From Squalus acanthias (taxonomy: Eukaryota), in NCBI GenBank assembly GCA_030390025.1, contig CM059432.1:44642001-44706000 (forward strand): a stretch of DNA of 64,000 nt. The letters run 5' to 3'. Positions 39,454 to 53,081 of the stretch are shown piece after piece. The notes beneath the pieces are model-generated. The model was not told the origin of the DNA. It saw nothing but the letters and a program-made list of their open reading frames with translations, and did no database searches. Positions within the stretch are counted from its first letter, which is position 1. Every line of letters begins with the position of its first letter. A program made the translations under genes and the position numbers.

Positions 39454-39653
39454 GTGAGAAGTTGCACAACACCAGGTTATAGTCCAACAGCTTTATTTGA
39501 AATCACAAGCTTTCGGAGCGCTGCTCCTTCGTCAGGTGACTTCGTCAGCGCTCCGAAAGCTTGTGATTTCAAATAATGCTGTTGGACTATAACCTGGTGT
39601 TGTGCGACTTCTCACTTTTGTCCACCCCAGTCCAACACCGGCATCTCCGCATC
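39454..39653. mobile_element. Penelope-like element terminal fragment with inverted (palindromic) arms and a 13-bp TSD
   Basis: AGGGTGATCTATA at 39441-39453 and 39654-39666. 70-bp inverted arms at 39454-39523 and 39546-39615. Contains a hammerhead motif. Confidence 0.85.
39503..39539 (-). ncRNA. Minimal type I hammerhead ribozyme motif
   Basis: Minus strand reads UCAC-CUGACGA-A-GGAGC-AGC-GCUCC-GAAA-GCUU-GUGA: both core boxes, stem I UCAC/GUGA, stem II GGAGC/GCUCC and a palindromic AAGCUU in place of stem III. Confidence 0.8.
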
Positions 39654-41003
39654 AGGGTGATCTATACAATTCTTATTTGCCTCAGTTAGTTGTATTACAG
39701 ACTTATGTCTCCTGTCTTTCATTTGATGTCATATTTATGAAGGCATATGATTCTTTAATGTTCTGTGTTTCTGTTCGAAGTGTTAGTTTTATGACACCTT
39801 AAACTGGGGATTCCATTGTGTTCTTCCGAAAGCTCAGACTTTCTGGAAGCTCCAATCTGCTGCTTCAATCAGGTTTTTGTTTCAGTGACAACAACTGATC
39901 TTTATCTCAAAAGCCTGTATGGTGTTTACAGCTTTGTGTTAACAACCCATCTTATCTCAGAAGCCTGTATTTACAGCTTTAGCTTGTTAAGGCTTCCAGA
40001 TTTTTAAACCCAGTTTGTCATGTTTTAATAATCAAAATTATTTCATAGGATGGTGTATTTTTCTGAAATATGGCTATTCCTTTACAGGATATAGGGAGCA
40101 AAAGCTCACCCATGGAAAGGTCAATGATGCTGAACCCCCCAAAAATCTATAGAGTAAATGAGGATAAGAAATCTCAATAATGTAATGGGGACATTAAAAG
40201 GGGAGGGTCACAATTAGGTACTAAAAATTCTGACAGCCTTTAGAAAGGCTCAAAGGGCATCTCATTAGCAGCCAACAAAGCTGAAAGGACAGGAGACTAA
40301 GAAGTGACAGGCAAAAACAAAGGAAACGGAAACCCAATGTGCAGTCATGAGAATCAGCACGACACACGTGGAGCATTCACAAGATGAAAATTGGCCCCTG
40401 ATGTCCCACAAAGGCCATATGACATTGTGAGGCCTATTAATCCCAGCTTCTTTAGCAAGTATTAAAAAAGCCAAAGGACTCATTTTTACCTCCCCAAATA
40501 GATGTAGCAATCAAATTGTCAATTCTGTTCAAATGCATTATTAGAATAAAAGAAGCATAATTTTCAAGATGTATATAATCTAGGCTCACCATCATCCGCT
40601 CCCGAACTGACCCGACACCAAATGGCGGGAGAGGCAGTTAAGGCAGTTAACAGTTTGTTAACTGCCTGGATAATTCTATTTTAACTGCCTGTTCGGATTT
40701 TGCAGGTTTTTCAGCATGCTGCCCACCTTCAGAAAAACACGCCAGCTGAATCGAGCCGGGTTGAGCAAGGACCTGAATTGTTGCCATATGCTCGAACAGC
40801 TTAAAAGCAGTCCTGCAATCTCTCATTCTTTCACATGCCACAACTTAGTGCTTTGAGGTTTGGGAGACATTTTTCAACTCTACTAATCGTGTGAGTATTG
40901 CAGCTGAAATCCAAGTGCAGTGTGAACTCCTTGGAATACCCTCTGGCCCCTTTGTCTGAGCGCAAACAACCTCCATTCCTCGACTGGGATATATACCAGC
41001 GGT

Positions 41004-42232
41004 ATGGGAACCATTTATATTCTCTCATCCTGGTCGTCAGATTCGGAGGAAGAGCAGCTGCAGCAGCAGCACAAACAGGCACAGCAGCAGCACCAACAAC
41101 AGGAGTGCCAAGCTTCTCAGCCGCCTGATGATGCGCAGGGCAGAGGGTGTCAGCGCAAGCCTGCACCTCACCGCAGGAGATACCCCAACACCAGCTTTAC
41201 AGGCAGAGGATGAGCTTCCTCAGCATAACTGAGCAGCAGTGCCAAAGGAGGCTGAGACTTCCGTGAGACTAAGTCGCTGACATCTGTGCAATGCTGCACC
41301 AACATCTGGAGTCCAGAGGAGCGTGTGGACACTCCTTACCAGTGGCTGTCAAAGTCACCACCGCAGTAAAGTTCTTTGCTTCGGATTCCTTCCAGGGATC
41401 AGCTGCAGACATCGGCGTCATCTCCCAGTCGGCCGCACATGCCTGCATCATGCAGTCTACCGATGCCCTCTTTGCAAAGGTGCACAATTACATCCACTTC
41501 TCCATGGATGAAGTAAGTGTAACCGCGGTTGGCTTTGCAAATAATGCAGGCTTCCCAAGGGTGCAGGGTGTCGTAGACTGCACACATGTGGCCATTAGGG
41601 AACCCCACCACAACCCAGCTGTATTTGTCAACCGCAAGGGATTCCACTCCTTTAACGTCCAGCTGGTGTGTAACCAAAGGAAGATCATCATGCATGTTTG
41701 CGCAAAGTACCCTGGCAGTTGCCATAACTCCTTCATCCTGCAGCAGTCTACAGTGCCTCAGCTCTTCAATCCGCCAACGCAACTTTCCGGATGGCTACTT
41801 GGCGACAAGGGCTATCCCCTGAAAAAGTGGCTCATGACACTGATGAAGAGGCCATCAAACGAGGCTGAGGAGCGTTACAATGAGAGCCACATTTCCACCA
41901 GAAGCATCGTAGAGCAAACCATTGGCTTGCTCAAAATGCGATTCCAATGCCTCGACAGATCTGGTGGAGCCCTGCTGTATGCACCAGCAAGGGTGTCCAG
42001 AATCATTATGGTCTGCTGTGCACTGCACAACATCGCACAGCAGCGTGGCTTAGCGCTGCCCGAGGAACAAGTGGCTCAGCGCAGAGCATCCTCGGAAGAA
42101 GAGGGGGAGGATGAGGAGGAGGAAGAGGATGAGGCACACCTTACGGGGCCGGATGTGCCCAATGCAGCAGCACTTGACCACATTGCTAGCCGTCACGCAA
42201 GGGATGCACTCATCCATGCCAGATTCGCTTAA
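41004..42232 (+). pseudogene. Harbinger transposase with a disrupted N-terminus and an intact 313-aa catalytic portion
   Basis: [52 protein letters not shown] and an acidic tail. Frameshift near 41185 and stops near 41264-41271. Confidence 0.92.
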
Positions 42233-42526
42233 GCTTACACTTCAACCACAGGTGGCTGGCATATGGCTATGAATGTGTGGACGACCTTCTTAACACACCA
42301 TAAATCATCTCTCCAATAAACGATGCTTTCCTATCACTCTCAGCACCATCATTACAAATGCAAGTCGCCCTGAGCCCTCAATGTGCAACTTCCATTTCCC
42401 AGAAGACAGGCGAGAACTTCAACTGTTTGCCATCACTTTTGTTTAATCTCTTCACAAAAGGATGACAATCGAAAATATACAACAGAACAAAACACCCAAG
42501 TGACTACCCAAGTGACTATTTGTGTG

Positions 42527-44410
42527 TTAGCTTCCTCTTACTCGTGCTTCAACGTGGTGCTTCCCCTGTGGCTTCAGCAGATGTAGAGGCACCTTGCTCA
42601 CTTTGATGCTGTACCTGCTTAGATGCCTTTGGCGGGCGTCCTCTGGGTTTGGGAGCCTGGGAGGGCTCTGCAACAGTCTGCTATTCCTACGACTGTGCAG
42701 GGCTGAGACGGCCATCTCAGTTGGGTGAGGACTCTGGGGCTCTGACCGAGGGCTCTGCAGTGGCATGGTTGTGTGAGCACTTGGAGAGGAGCCCACACTT
42801 CCTTGTTGTCTGCCACCAACATCCCTCTCATGGGTCACCCACACTTCACTGCTAGCAAGTGGCTGGAGAGCACCTTGTTGCACATCAGTGGGCGCATGAG
42901 AACCCGTCTCAGTACTGACAGTCCTCATAACGGGGACGTCCATGTACCTCTGGTATCTCTCCTCAATAGATGCCCATCTATCCTCCATAGCAGACCATCT
43001 ATTTAGAAGAGTCACCATGCTCTGTTGAGTCTGGTGAGTTATGTCCTCTGTGGAGGTTGTCACCCTCTCCATGGCGGCACGTTCATGCGCCATTGCCTCC
43101 ACAAAGGCAGTGCTCATGCTGGAGATGGACTCCTCTATTCTCTGCACACTCGCAGTTACCCTGGAGGCAAACCCTGTCAGAGCCTCCTGCACTTGTTCCT
43201 GGGGTTCCAGCACTGCTCTCTCTCTGGATGGCCCCAGAGGCACAGGGTCCACATGCAGCTGAGCAGAGCTAGGAGCGCCCTGCAGCCTCCGACGAGGACT
43301 CTCCACTGCTGTCCCTGTCTCCACCATCTGCTGATACTCACTTGTGAGATGTGATACACCAGGTGGCAACACTACTCTATGTCGCGAAGGCCTCACCGAG
43401 GTGTGCGTTGCTGATGCTGGGTGTGCTGAGTCCTGGTGACGCTGCTCCCTCAGAGGCTGCAGGTTTCTCTGAGGAGTCGTCCAGCTCTTCCTCCTGCACA
43501 GTGGTGAGGGGAGCTCTCGATGGTCCTGTGGGAGAGTAAAGAATAAGTTAGACATATGATTTTTAGGTAGCAGACGCATCCCATTGTGCAGATGATCCAA
43601 AGTCAATCTCTATAAACATCATATGCCATTGCAGTCAATCATGAAATCTAAATGTGAGGGTTGAAAATCTATTCTGTCACCAGCTTCGTCTAGTGCGCCC
43701 GTCTCTCTGTCCCCCACTTCCAGCTCCTCGCTACCTCCCACGATCTCATGCGCAGCCTCCTCAGCACTTGTCAATGTCGCCAGGGATGGTGGGCCTCTCC
43801 TGTCTTTGCTCTCTCCCTCTTATTGTGGGCTATCTTTTCCTGCAAGGAGGGACACAAGTGGAGTTTCAGCGAGAGTGATGGAGTGGCTGTGAAGAATCCA
43901 TAACATTGAAGCTTAGAGGGAGACCAAAATGGAGTGAGGTGCCAAAAGGAAGCTGCCTCCCTTTGCGTTGTTAGTTGTTGTCATTGCATAACAGTGAGAG
44001 CGAGTGTGAGGAGTGCGTAGTAGGATGGTGAAGTGATTCAGTACAGAGAGGTAAGGGTGCAAGGGAAGTAAGGATAAGCTGGGATGCGGAGGAGCAGGCT
44101 GACAATGCAGAGTGCTGGTGATGAGAAGAGAAGGGAAGCAGATTGAAGGTAAGTGTGATGTGATACTCACTTTTGAGGATCGCAGAAGATCATTAAACTG
44201 TTTCTGGCACTGGACCCAGGTGCGTCAACATATGGACCTAGCGCTGACCTCCTCAGCAATGTGCAGCCAGGCTGCCTTTGTCTGCTGAGGAGGCTTCCTC
44301 CGGCCATCAGGAGGGAACAGAATCTCCCTGCGCCCTCTTACTCCCTGCACAAGAGCTTGGAGGGAGTCCTCATTAAACCTTGGTGCAGCCTTGGCTTTTG
44401 CAGCACTCAT
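42527..44410 (-). pseudogene. Harbinger Myb/SANT gene, disrupted
   Basis: MSAAKAKAAPRFNEDSLQALVQGV...AAWLHIAEEVSARSIC* (premature stop). GTGAGT donor at 44170-44165. Long exon-3 ORF remnant 42527-43606. Confidence 0.85.
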
Positions 44411-46115
44411 TGTAGCCTGGGCCCATTCAAACATAAGCAGAAACGAGAAATGAAAGGCTGAGGCTGCATGGGCCCCTTAAAAACAACTGCAGCAATGACG
44501 TCATCAGAGGCGACTAATCGACCTGATCCCACTCATTGGACTGGGCAGCGCGCACAACGGGACTTAATAGGCCACTTAAATTAAAATCTCAATTCGGGAG
44601 CAGCTGAAACTGGCAGCAGGACCGGAATCCGCCCACCACGCAACCCGGCTCCTCCATTAAAATGGTGGCCAAAGGTTTTTTAAAATCAGAATGAAAATAG
44701 CAGTTAGATATAACATGACCCTATATTCATAATGTCAGTGACAATCCCTTTGATCCCCCTGTGAAATCTAACCATCTCATCTAACAGCTTCAGGACCAAG
44801 GTAAATAATAAAAAGAACAAAAGACAGTTTTGTCCAGCAGCTCTGTGCAACCAAAATACTGAGGATACAGCACTATTAGTGGCGGAGGATCACGTTATAA
44901 TATTTCAATTAGGAAATTATCATGAATGGAATATCCACCATTATCTCCAGCAAAAAATAAACTGTTGAAAAATGACCCAAAACGTCCATTAATTGCAAAA
45001 TGGATATTATAAAAGATAATAATAGATAGGATAGAAACAGATTGTATTCTGCTTTCATCGAAGTAATTAGATTATTCCTCTGTAGAGAATCCCTCTTATC
45101 CATTATTCTCTATTGTTGTCCATCACTGTTATTACTCGGATTTGTTTCACTACAAATTAAAATGGAATAACATAGCCTGTATACACTACAGGGATAATTT
45201 TACAAGTGTACTCTGCCACAGGGGAGCATTGTATCAGAAATTTGGGCACGCATTGCCATATGATTTCTGACCATTCATTTTAACTTGCATTTATACAGCA
45301 TCTTTAACATAGAAAACATGCCAAGGGGCTTTTTAGAGGGGATATTAAGAAAAAATAGATAAAAGGACTAAAAGTGTGTGTGGACACCGAACTGTGAGAG
45401 ATTACCATAAGCTTGGTCGAAAGATGGGGTTTGAGAAGGTTTTTAAAGTTGGATGAGAAGTGGAGGTGTTTAGGGAGGGTGTTCTAGAGAGTAAGGCCAA
45501 AGCAGATGAAGGCTCTGGCACCAATGATAGGACAAGGGGAATGTATTGTGTGAACTCGACTTTCCAGGGGGACTGAGAACACGAACACACTCATTTTGTT
45601 TGAAACTGCATTCTTTCTTATTGCTGTCATAATAACGTTTCTGACTCAACTGTTTCTGTTCAACTCTTGAGGCCAAATTTGTTTGAACAAGACTCAATCG
45701 TGTTCTCAATCTCCTCTTCATCAAGAGTTACTGCTGGGGTATATCCGAGTACTAGTGTGCAGAGTATATTGTCTGTAATTCAGCAAGGAAATTAATTGCC
45801 AACACGTTCATGCATCAAACTGAGTCCCGAACAACCCTGCAACACTTGCTTTTTGAGAGCTACTTTTACTATACAGACTGATCTTTCGGCTGCTCCGAAT
45901 GAAGCTGAATTATATGGTGGAAACGAAGATGGTGTGTTGGATACCGTTCTGTTCACGAAATCTTGGAATAGAGCAGAACGGAACTGAGGGCCATTGTCAG
46001 ATTAATGATATTCAAGGTAAGGCCATGACATGCAAAGATAGACCTCAACTCATTCTATGGTACGTTCAGTTGTAGTATTTTGAACCCATGCTGTTTCACT
46101 TCAATTCATTTGAGT

Positions 46116-46562
46116 GGGCAACACGGAGTGGCATAGTGTTAGCACAGTGCCTCACAGCACCAGGGACCCGGTTCGAATCTGGCCTCGGGTGACTGTCTGT
46201 GTGGAGTTTGCACATTCTCCCCGTGTCTGCGTGGGTTTTCCTCCGGGTGCTCCGGTTTCCTCCCACAGTCCAAAAATGTGCGGGTTAGGTTGATTTGGCT
46301 ATGATAAATTGACCCTTAGTGTTAGGGGGGGATTAAATATGTGGGGTTACGGGGATAGGATGGGATATATTAGGGGGAATTAAATACGTGGGGTTACGGG
46401 GATAGGGTGGGATGTGTGTCGGTGCAGGCTCGATGGGGATTCTGTGTGAGGAAACAGGGATAGGGTACTGGATTTGGATGATCAGCCATGATCGTATTGA
46501 ATGGTGGAGCAGGCTCGACGGGCCGAATGGCCTACTCCTGCTCCTAGTTTCTATGTTTCTAT
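46116..46562 (+). mobile_element. HE1-type V-SINE (tRNA head, V domain, CR1/HER1 tail)
   Basis: A box gtggcatagtg, B box ggttcgaatc, V-domain gtttgcacattctccccgtgtctgcgtgggttt...cctcccacagtccaaa. Tail shared with the CR1 3' ends at 48700-48790. Interrupts the integrase at FLVLVD. Confidence 0.9.
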
Positions 46563-46871
46563 CTACAAGTACCAGGAAATAATCATTTGCTTTTTCACAG
46601 AAGTCTACATGTACTGTCTGAAAAGATCTACTTGGCCATGACCAGGGTTGTAGTGGAGTTTTGGGTGGTTCAGAGCTAGAAGCATCACACGCTAACTTAA
46701 GCTCACGCTCTGTGTCGTAGTGCACAAGTAGAGCATCGCTAGAGAGACTTCTCTTACAAGCATCGTAAGCTTCCTGTTGGGCTTTCGTCCACTTCCACTG
46801 GACATCCTTATTGAGGAGCTTGTGCATGGTTGCTAACTCAGGTAAGAAATGTGCATATTACTGCACCATTC

Positions 46872-49800
46872 ATAAAACATAGAAAAATAGGAGCAGGAGT
46901 AGGCCATTCGGCCCTTCGAGCCTGCTCTGCCATTCAATGTGATCATGGCTGATCCTCTATCTCAATACCATATTCCCGCTCTCTCCCCATACCCCTTGAT
47001 GCCTTTTGTGTCTAGAAATCTATCTATCTCCTTCTTAAATATATTCAGTGACTTGGCCTCCACAGCCTTCTGTGGTAGAGAATTCCACAGGTTCCCCACC
47101 CTCCGAGTGAAGAAATTTCTCCTTATCTCAGTCCTAAATGTCCTACCCCATATCCTGAGACTGTGACCCCTCGTTCTAGACCCCCCAGCCAGGGGAAACA
47201 TCCTCCCTGCTTCCAGTCTGTCTAGCCATGTCAGAATTTTATATGTTTCAATGAGATCCCCTCTCATTCTTCTAAACTCTAGTGAATACAGGCCTAGTCG
47301 ACTCAATCTCTCCTCATACGACAGTCCTGCCATCCCAGGAATCAGTCTGGTGAACCTTCGCTGCACTCCCTCTATGGCAAGTATATCCTTTCTTAGGTAA
47401 GGAGACCAAAACTGCACACAGTACTCCAGGTGTGGTCTCACCAAGGCCCTATACAACTGTAGTAAGACATCCTTGCTCTTGTACTCAAATCCTCTTGCAA
47501 TGAAGGCCATACAAAAGGTAAATCATGCTTGACTAATCTACTGGAATTTTTTGAGGATGTAACTGGTAGAATAGATAAGGGAGAACCAGTGGATGTGGTG
47601 TATTTGGACTTTCAGAAGGCTTTCGATAAGGTCCCGCATAAGTGATTAGCGTGCAAAGTTAAAGCACATGGGATTGGGGGTAAGGTATTGACTTGGATAG
47701 AGAACTGGTTGGCAGACAGGAAGCAAAGAGTTGGAATAAACGGATCTTTTTCCGAGTGGCAGGCAGTGACTAGTGGGGTACCGCAGGGATCGGTGCTAGG
47801 ACCCCAGCTATTCACAATATATATTAATGATCTAGATGAGGGAACTAGATGTAATATCTCCAAGTTTGCAGACGACACAAAGCTGGGTGGGCGTGTGTGC
47901 TGTGAGGAGGATGCAAAGAAACTCCAGTATGATTTGGACAGATTGGGTGAGTGGGCAGATGCATGGCAGATGCAGTATAATGTGGATAAATGCGAGGTTA
48001 TCCACTTTGGTGGCAAAAACAGGAAGGCAGATTATTATCTGAACGGCAATAGATTGGGAAAAGGGGAAGTGCAACGAGACCTGGGTGTCCTTGTGCACCA
48101 GTCGCTGAAGGTAAGCATGTAGGTGCAGCAGGCGGTTAAGAAGGCAAATGGTATGTTGGCCTTCATAGCGAGAGGATTCGAGTACAGGAGCAAGGATGTC
48201 TTGCTGCAGTTGTACAGAGCCTAGCTGAGACCACACCTTGAGTATTGTGTGCAGTTTTGGTCACCTTATCTGAGGAAGGATGTTCTTGCCATGGAGGGAG
48301 TGCAGCGAAGATTCACCAGACTGATACCTGGGATGGCAGGAATGACGTATGAAGAGAGATTGGGTTGATTAGGCTTATATTCGCTAGAGTTTAGAAGAAT
48401 GAGAGGGGATCTCATTGAAACTTATAAAATTCTAACAGGACTAGACAGACTAGAAGCAGGAAGGATGTTCCCGATGGCGGGGGAGTCCAGAACCAGGGGT
48501 CACAGTCTAAGGATAAGGGGTAAGCCATTTAGGACAGAGATGAGGAGGGATTTCTTCACCCAGAGAGTGGTGAACCTGTGGAATTCTCTACCACAGAAGG
48601 CAGTTGAGGCCAATTCATTAAATATATTCAAGAAGGAGTTAGATATATTTCTTAAGGCTAAAGGTATCAAGGGATATGGGGAGAAAGCAGGGACAGGGTA
48701 CTGAATTGGGATGATCAGCCATGATCTCATTAAATGGCGGGACAGGCTCGAGGGGCCGAATGGCCTACTCCTGCTCCTATCTTCTATGTTTCTCTGTTTC
48801 TAACATACCATTTGCCTTCCTAACTGCTTGCTGCACCTGCATGTTTGCTTTCAGTGACTGGTGTACAAGGACACCCAGGTCCCTTTGTACATCAACAGTT
48901 CCCAATCTATCACCATTTAAATAATACTCTGCCTTTCTGTTTTTCCTACCGAAGTGGATAACTTCACATTTATCCACGTTATACTGCATCTACCATGTAT
49001 TTGCCCATTCACTCAACTTGTCTAAATCGCCTTGAAGCCTCTTTGCATCCTCCTCACAACTCACAATCCCACCTAGTTTCGTGTCGTCAGCAAACTTGGA
49101 AATATTACATTTGGTTCCCTCATCCAAATCATTGATATATATTGTGAATAGCTGGGGCCCAAGCACTGATCCCTGCGGTACCCCACTAGTCACCGCCTGC
49201 CACTCCGAAAAAGACCCATTTATTCCTACTCTCTGTTTCCTGTTTGTTAACCAATTTTCAATCCATGCCAGTATATTACCTCCAATCCCATGTGCTTTAA
49301 TTTTGCACACTAACCTCTTATGTGGGACTTTATCAAAGGCCCTCTGAAAATCCAAATACATCACATCCACTGGTTCTCCCTTATCTATTCTACCAGTTAC
49401 ATCCTCAAAAAACTCCAGTAGTTTCGTCAAAAATGATTTCCCTTTCATAAATCCACTTGACTTTGTCTAATCCCGTTGATATTTTCTAAGTGTCCTGTTA
49501 TCACATCCTTTATAATAGACTCTAGCATTTTCCCTACTACTGATGTTAGGCTAACTGGTCTGTAGTTCCCTGTTTTCTCTCTCCCTCCTTTTTTAAATAG
49601 TGGGGTTACATTTGCCACCCTCCAATCTGCAGGAACTGTTCCATAATTTATAGAATTTTGGAAGATGACAACCAATGCATCCATTATTTCCATGGCTACC
49701 TCTTTTAGTACTCTGGGATGCAGATTATCAGGCCCTGGGGATTTATCAGCTTTCAGTCCCATTAATTTCTCTAGCACTATTTTTTTACTAATAATAATTT

Positions 49801-50840
49801 CCTTTAATTCCTCCTTCTCACTAGACCCTTGGTTCTCTAGCATTTCTGGGAAGTTATTTGTGTCCTCTTCCGTGAAGACAGAACCAAAGTATTTGTTTAA
49901 TTGCGCTGCCATTTCCTTGTTCCCCATTATAAATTCTCCCGTTTCTGACTGTAAGGGACCTACATTTGTCTTCACTAATCTTTTTCTTTTTACATACTTG
50001 TAGAAGCTTCTACAATCCACTTTTATGTTCCTTGTAAGTTTACTCTCATATTCTATTTTTCCCCTCTTAATCAATCTCTTGGTCCTTTTTTGCTGAACTC
50101 TAAACTGTTCCCAATCCTCAGGCTTGCTACTTTTTCTGGCAACTTTATATGACTCCTCTTTGGATCTAATACTATCCTTAATTTCTTTTGTTAGCCATGG
50201 TTGGGCCGCTTTTCCTTTTGTGTTTTTGCACCAGAAAGGAATGTATAACTATTGCAATTCATGCATTCGTTCCTTAAATGTTAGCCATTGTCTATCTACC
50301 GTCATGCCTTTTAATGGAGCTTCCCAATCTATCATAGCCAACTTACTCCTCATACCATCGTAGTTTCCTTTGTTTAGATTTAGGACCCTAGTTTCAGATT
50401 GGACTTCTTCACTTTCCATTTTAATGAAGAATTCTATCATGTTATGGTCACTCTTCCCTAAAGGACCCCACACAACTAGATTATTAATTAACCCCTTCTC
50501 ATTGCACAATACCCAATCTAGGATAGCCTGTTCCCTAGTTGGCTCCTCAATGTTCTGGTCTAAAAAACCATCTCGTACACACTCCAGGAATTCATCCTCC
50601 ACAGTATTATTGCTAATTTGGTTTGGCCAGTCTATACATAGATTAAAGTCACCCATGATTACTGTAGTACCCTTGTTACATGTATCTCTAATTTCCTGTT
50701 TGATGCCATTTCCTCCATTACCACTACTGTTTGGAAGCCTAAATACAATTCCCACCAATGTTTTCTGCCCCATGGTGCTTCTTAGCTCCACCCAGACTGA
50801 TTCTACATCTTGATTTTCTGAGCCAATATCCTTTCTCAAG
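46872..50840 (-). mobile_element. 5'-truncated CR1 LINE (EN to 3' end) inserted in the Gypsy RT, itself interrupted at ~47509-48800
   Basis: ORFs 50249-50848 (GDFN, LDWVL, SDHN), 49445-50074, 48990-49448 (QGSVLGP, FADD) and 46962-47510. Confidence 0.95.
47509..48800 (+). mobile_element. Second CR1 copy inserted antisense in the first
   Basis: ORFs 47688-48122 and 48399-48704, with its own 3' tail ending tatgtttct. The host CR1 rejoins as gaaggcca|aacataccatttgcc. Confidence 0.92.
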
Positions 50841-53060
50841 TTTCCCAAGGAAAGATCTTAACTCAGACACATTCTGTGGCTTTGGAGCATTGATGACAGC
50901 ATCAACCTTTTCCTTCACTGGTTGCAAGTCATTTGCATCAACTTTCAGACCAAGGTACACAAACTTGGGCTGCACAAAAGCACATTTGCTCCTTTTCAAT
51001 TTGACAATGTGGGCATTCAACCTTTGAAGCACTCTATCTAATACTTCTAGATTTTCTTCTCACCACTTGTTCCGATCAGCACATCGTCTTGATTGCATAA
51101 GCAATTTGGAATTCTTTGCAGCTTGGTGTACGAGTACAGTTCCTTGTGTGTGTTGATGGTGAGATACTGTTGACTCTCTTTGTCAACATTCAGCTGAGAA
51201 GAAAACCTTTGACCCAGAGAGTGCTACATACAAATCTTGCGATGTAGGTAACGGGTACTGCTCATCGTCAACTGCTTGGTTGATAGTAACTTTGTAGTCA
51301 CCGCACAAGTGTACAGTTTTGTCTGCTTTGGGCACTACCACAATCGGGGTAGCCCATTCACTTTTATCAGTTTTTACTAGCACTCCATTCTATCTGAGCT
51401 TCGCTAGCTCTTCCTCCACCTGACTTTTCAATGCATAGGGGACCGGCCTTGCCTTACGATAGACAGGCTTTGCGTTGGACTTGATGCGGATATGCGCGTC
51501 ATACGCAGTGATGCCCTCATAACTGTCTGTGAACATGCTTTCGTACTTGTTCAGCATTGTGTCGAGTTGCTTGTTTGAAGTATCTACACTGAAGATGTTT
51601 TTCCAGTCTAGTTCTAACTTTCTAAACCAGTCTTTGCCCATGAGAGTTGGCCTGTTGTTGTAGCTCGCTACAATAATAGGCAGCTTTACTGACTGGCCAT
51701 TGTGTTGAACTGTACATTCCATTTGTCCACATGTCTCTAGGATTTCTCCGGAGTAGGTTTTTAACTCTACGGTACTCTTTGTAAGTGGTATTTGATTAAA
51801 TTTACTCTCATATGTGTCCTTACTCATGATAGAGCAGTCCGCCGCTGTGTCAATACACATATCAATATATTGCTCATTGATCAAAAGTTTTATACGGAAG
51901 TCTTTCTCACGACTGCTAGTGTTGCCACGAGTGGCATAGATACTGTAGATGCCTAATATTTCAACATTAGGTGTGTTCACTTCAATATTGTAAACTCCTC
52001 CCTTTTGTTGTCACTGCTTTGCATTGCCACTAGAATGGTTCTTACTTCCTGCTTTAGATCTAGCTCTGCAAGCTGTTGAAATATGGCTTTACTTCTGGCA
52101 GTGAAAACACTTCGCATTTCCATATCGGCAGGTCTGTGGTAAGTGATTTCCTTTGCAGCGATAACAATTCACTGAACTGCTCTCACCGAAATGCTTTTGA
52201 TCCAGTCTCACAGCTTTAGGTTTGGCGGTGGCTTTGTGACTGTAGACCTCAGCTGCACTAGTCACTTGAGTTGGACGGAGCTCCCTAGCATTCTTAGACG
52301 CTATCTCCATAGATAGGGCAATTTTGCATGCTATGTCAAACGTTAGGTTTGGAGTGTTCAGTAACTTGGACTGTGTGCACTCATCCACCAGTCTATGCAC
52401 AAACTTATCTCGCAATGCACGATCCAAAAATGTGCTGAAGTAACAATGTAAAGACAGGTTCTTAAGAGCTACAGTGATGGTTTCACTTTCTTTTTGGTTT
52501 CTGGTACCAAACTTATAGTTCTCTGCTATCTCTAATGGCTTTGGGTCAAAATGATCCTTGAGTTTCTCGACAATGTCTTCAAATGATGCATCCTTCGCTT
52601 TCCCTGGTGCGAGTATGTTTGTCAATGTTCCGTAGACCTCTGGCCCGATCTCCATTAGATTAAGTTACACCAGAACTGCATTACTTTATTGTGAGCTTGA
52701 ACATTCTCATCTGCATCTTCAGTCTCAATAATGTTATTGACTCTAAAAAACATTTCCATCCGCTCAATGTAAGAACTAAGTGGCTCGTGAGCTCGGTCAT
52801 ACATGCTGAAGCTTCTGATGAATCTCGTAGGCATGGCCATTGTGTCCCAACCCCGTCGAACAGTGACTCAGCACACTACCTGTGAAGGTGTGAGAATCAA
52901 CGCCGCTGTTGCTGTGTTTACATACACGCGATGGCGAAGCACAGACAATAACGGTAAAACATCACAAAAATTCAGTTTAGGTGTCACAAATTCACCTTAA
53001 ACTTTTCCACTCGAAAGCTGAACACTATGTCCTTCCATGATCCCTAAAAGTGGCTTTGGG

Positions 53061-53078
53061 ATCCCATCCTTGTTGCCA
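53061..53078 (-). promoter_or_regulatory. Primer binding site complementary to the tRNA-Ser(GCU) 3' end
   Basis: Minus strand TGGCAACAAGGATGGGAT, i.e. TGGCGACGAGGATGGGAT with two CpG-type transitions, 3 nt from the LTR. Confidence 0.75.
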
Positions 53079-53081
53079 AAA

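Larger units (their letters stand above)
38432..40046 (-). mobile_element. Possible solitary or long LTR-like sequence
   Basis: Minus-strand AATAAA (~38774), internal imperfect direct repeats (tttgatgccat...; ttatctca.aagcctgtat) and TG...CA-like ends. No convincing TSD. Confidence 0.3.
40583..44670 (+). mobile_element. PIF/Harbinger transposon copy 2 (same family as 292-4307)
   Basis: Colinear transposase(+) and Myb(-) genes. Termini GGCTCACCAT / AAAATGGTGGCC. TSD not clear. Confidence 0.9.

Noticed and set aside
41291..42232. 313-aa ORF as the host gene HARBI1
   Set aside because: It lies within a transposon with a paired Myb gene, has upstream stops and a frameshift, and has a decayed sibling copy at 689-1868.
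46116..46190. tRNA gene
   Set aside because: It is the tRNA-derived head of a SINE, with no acceptor stem or cloverleaf.
47509..48800. Twin-priming inversion of a single CR1
   Set aside because: The inner piece duplicates regions present in the host copy, has its own 3' tail and is clearly diverged, so it is an independent insertion.
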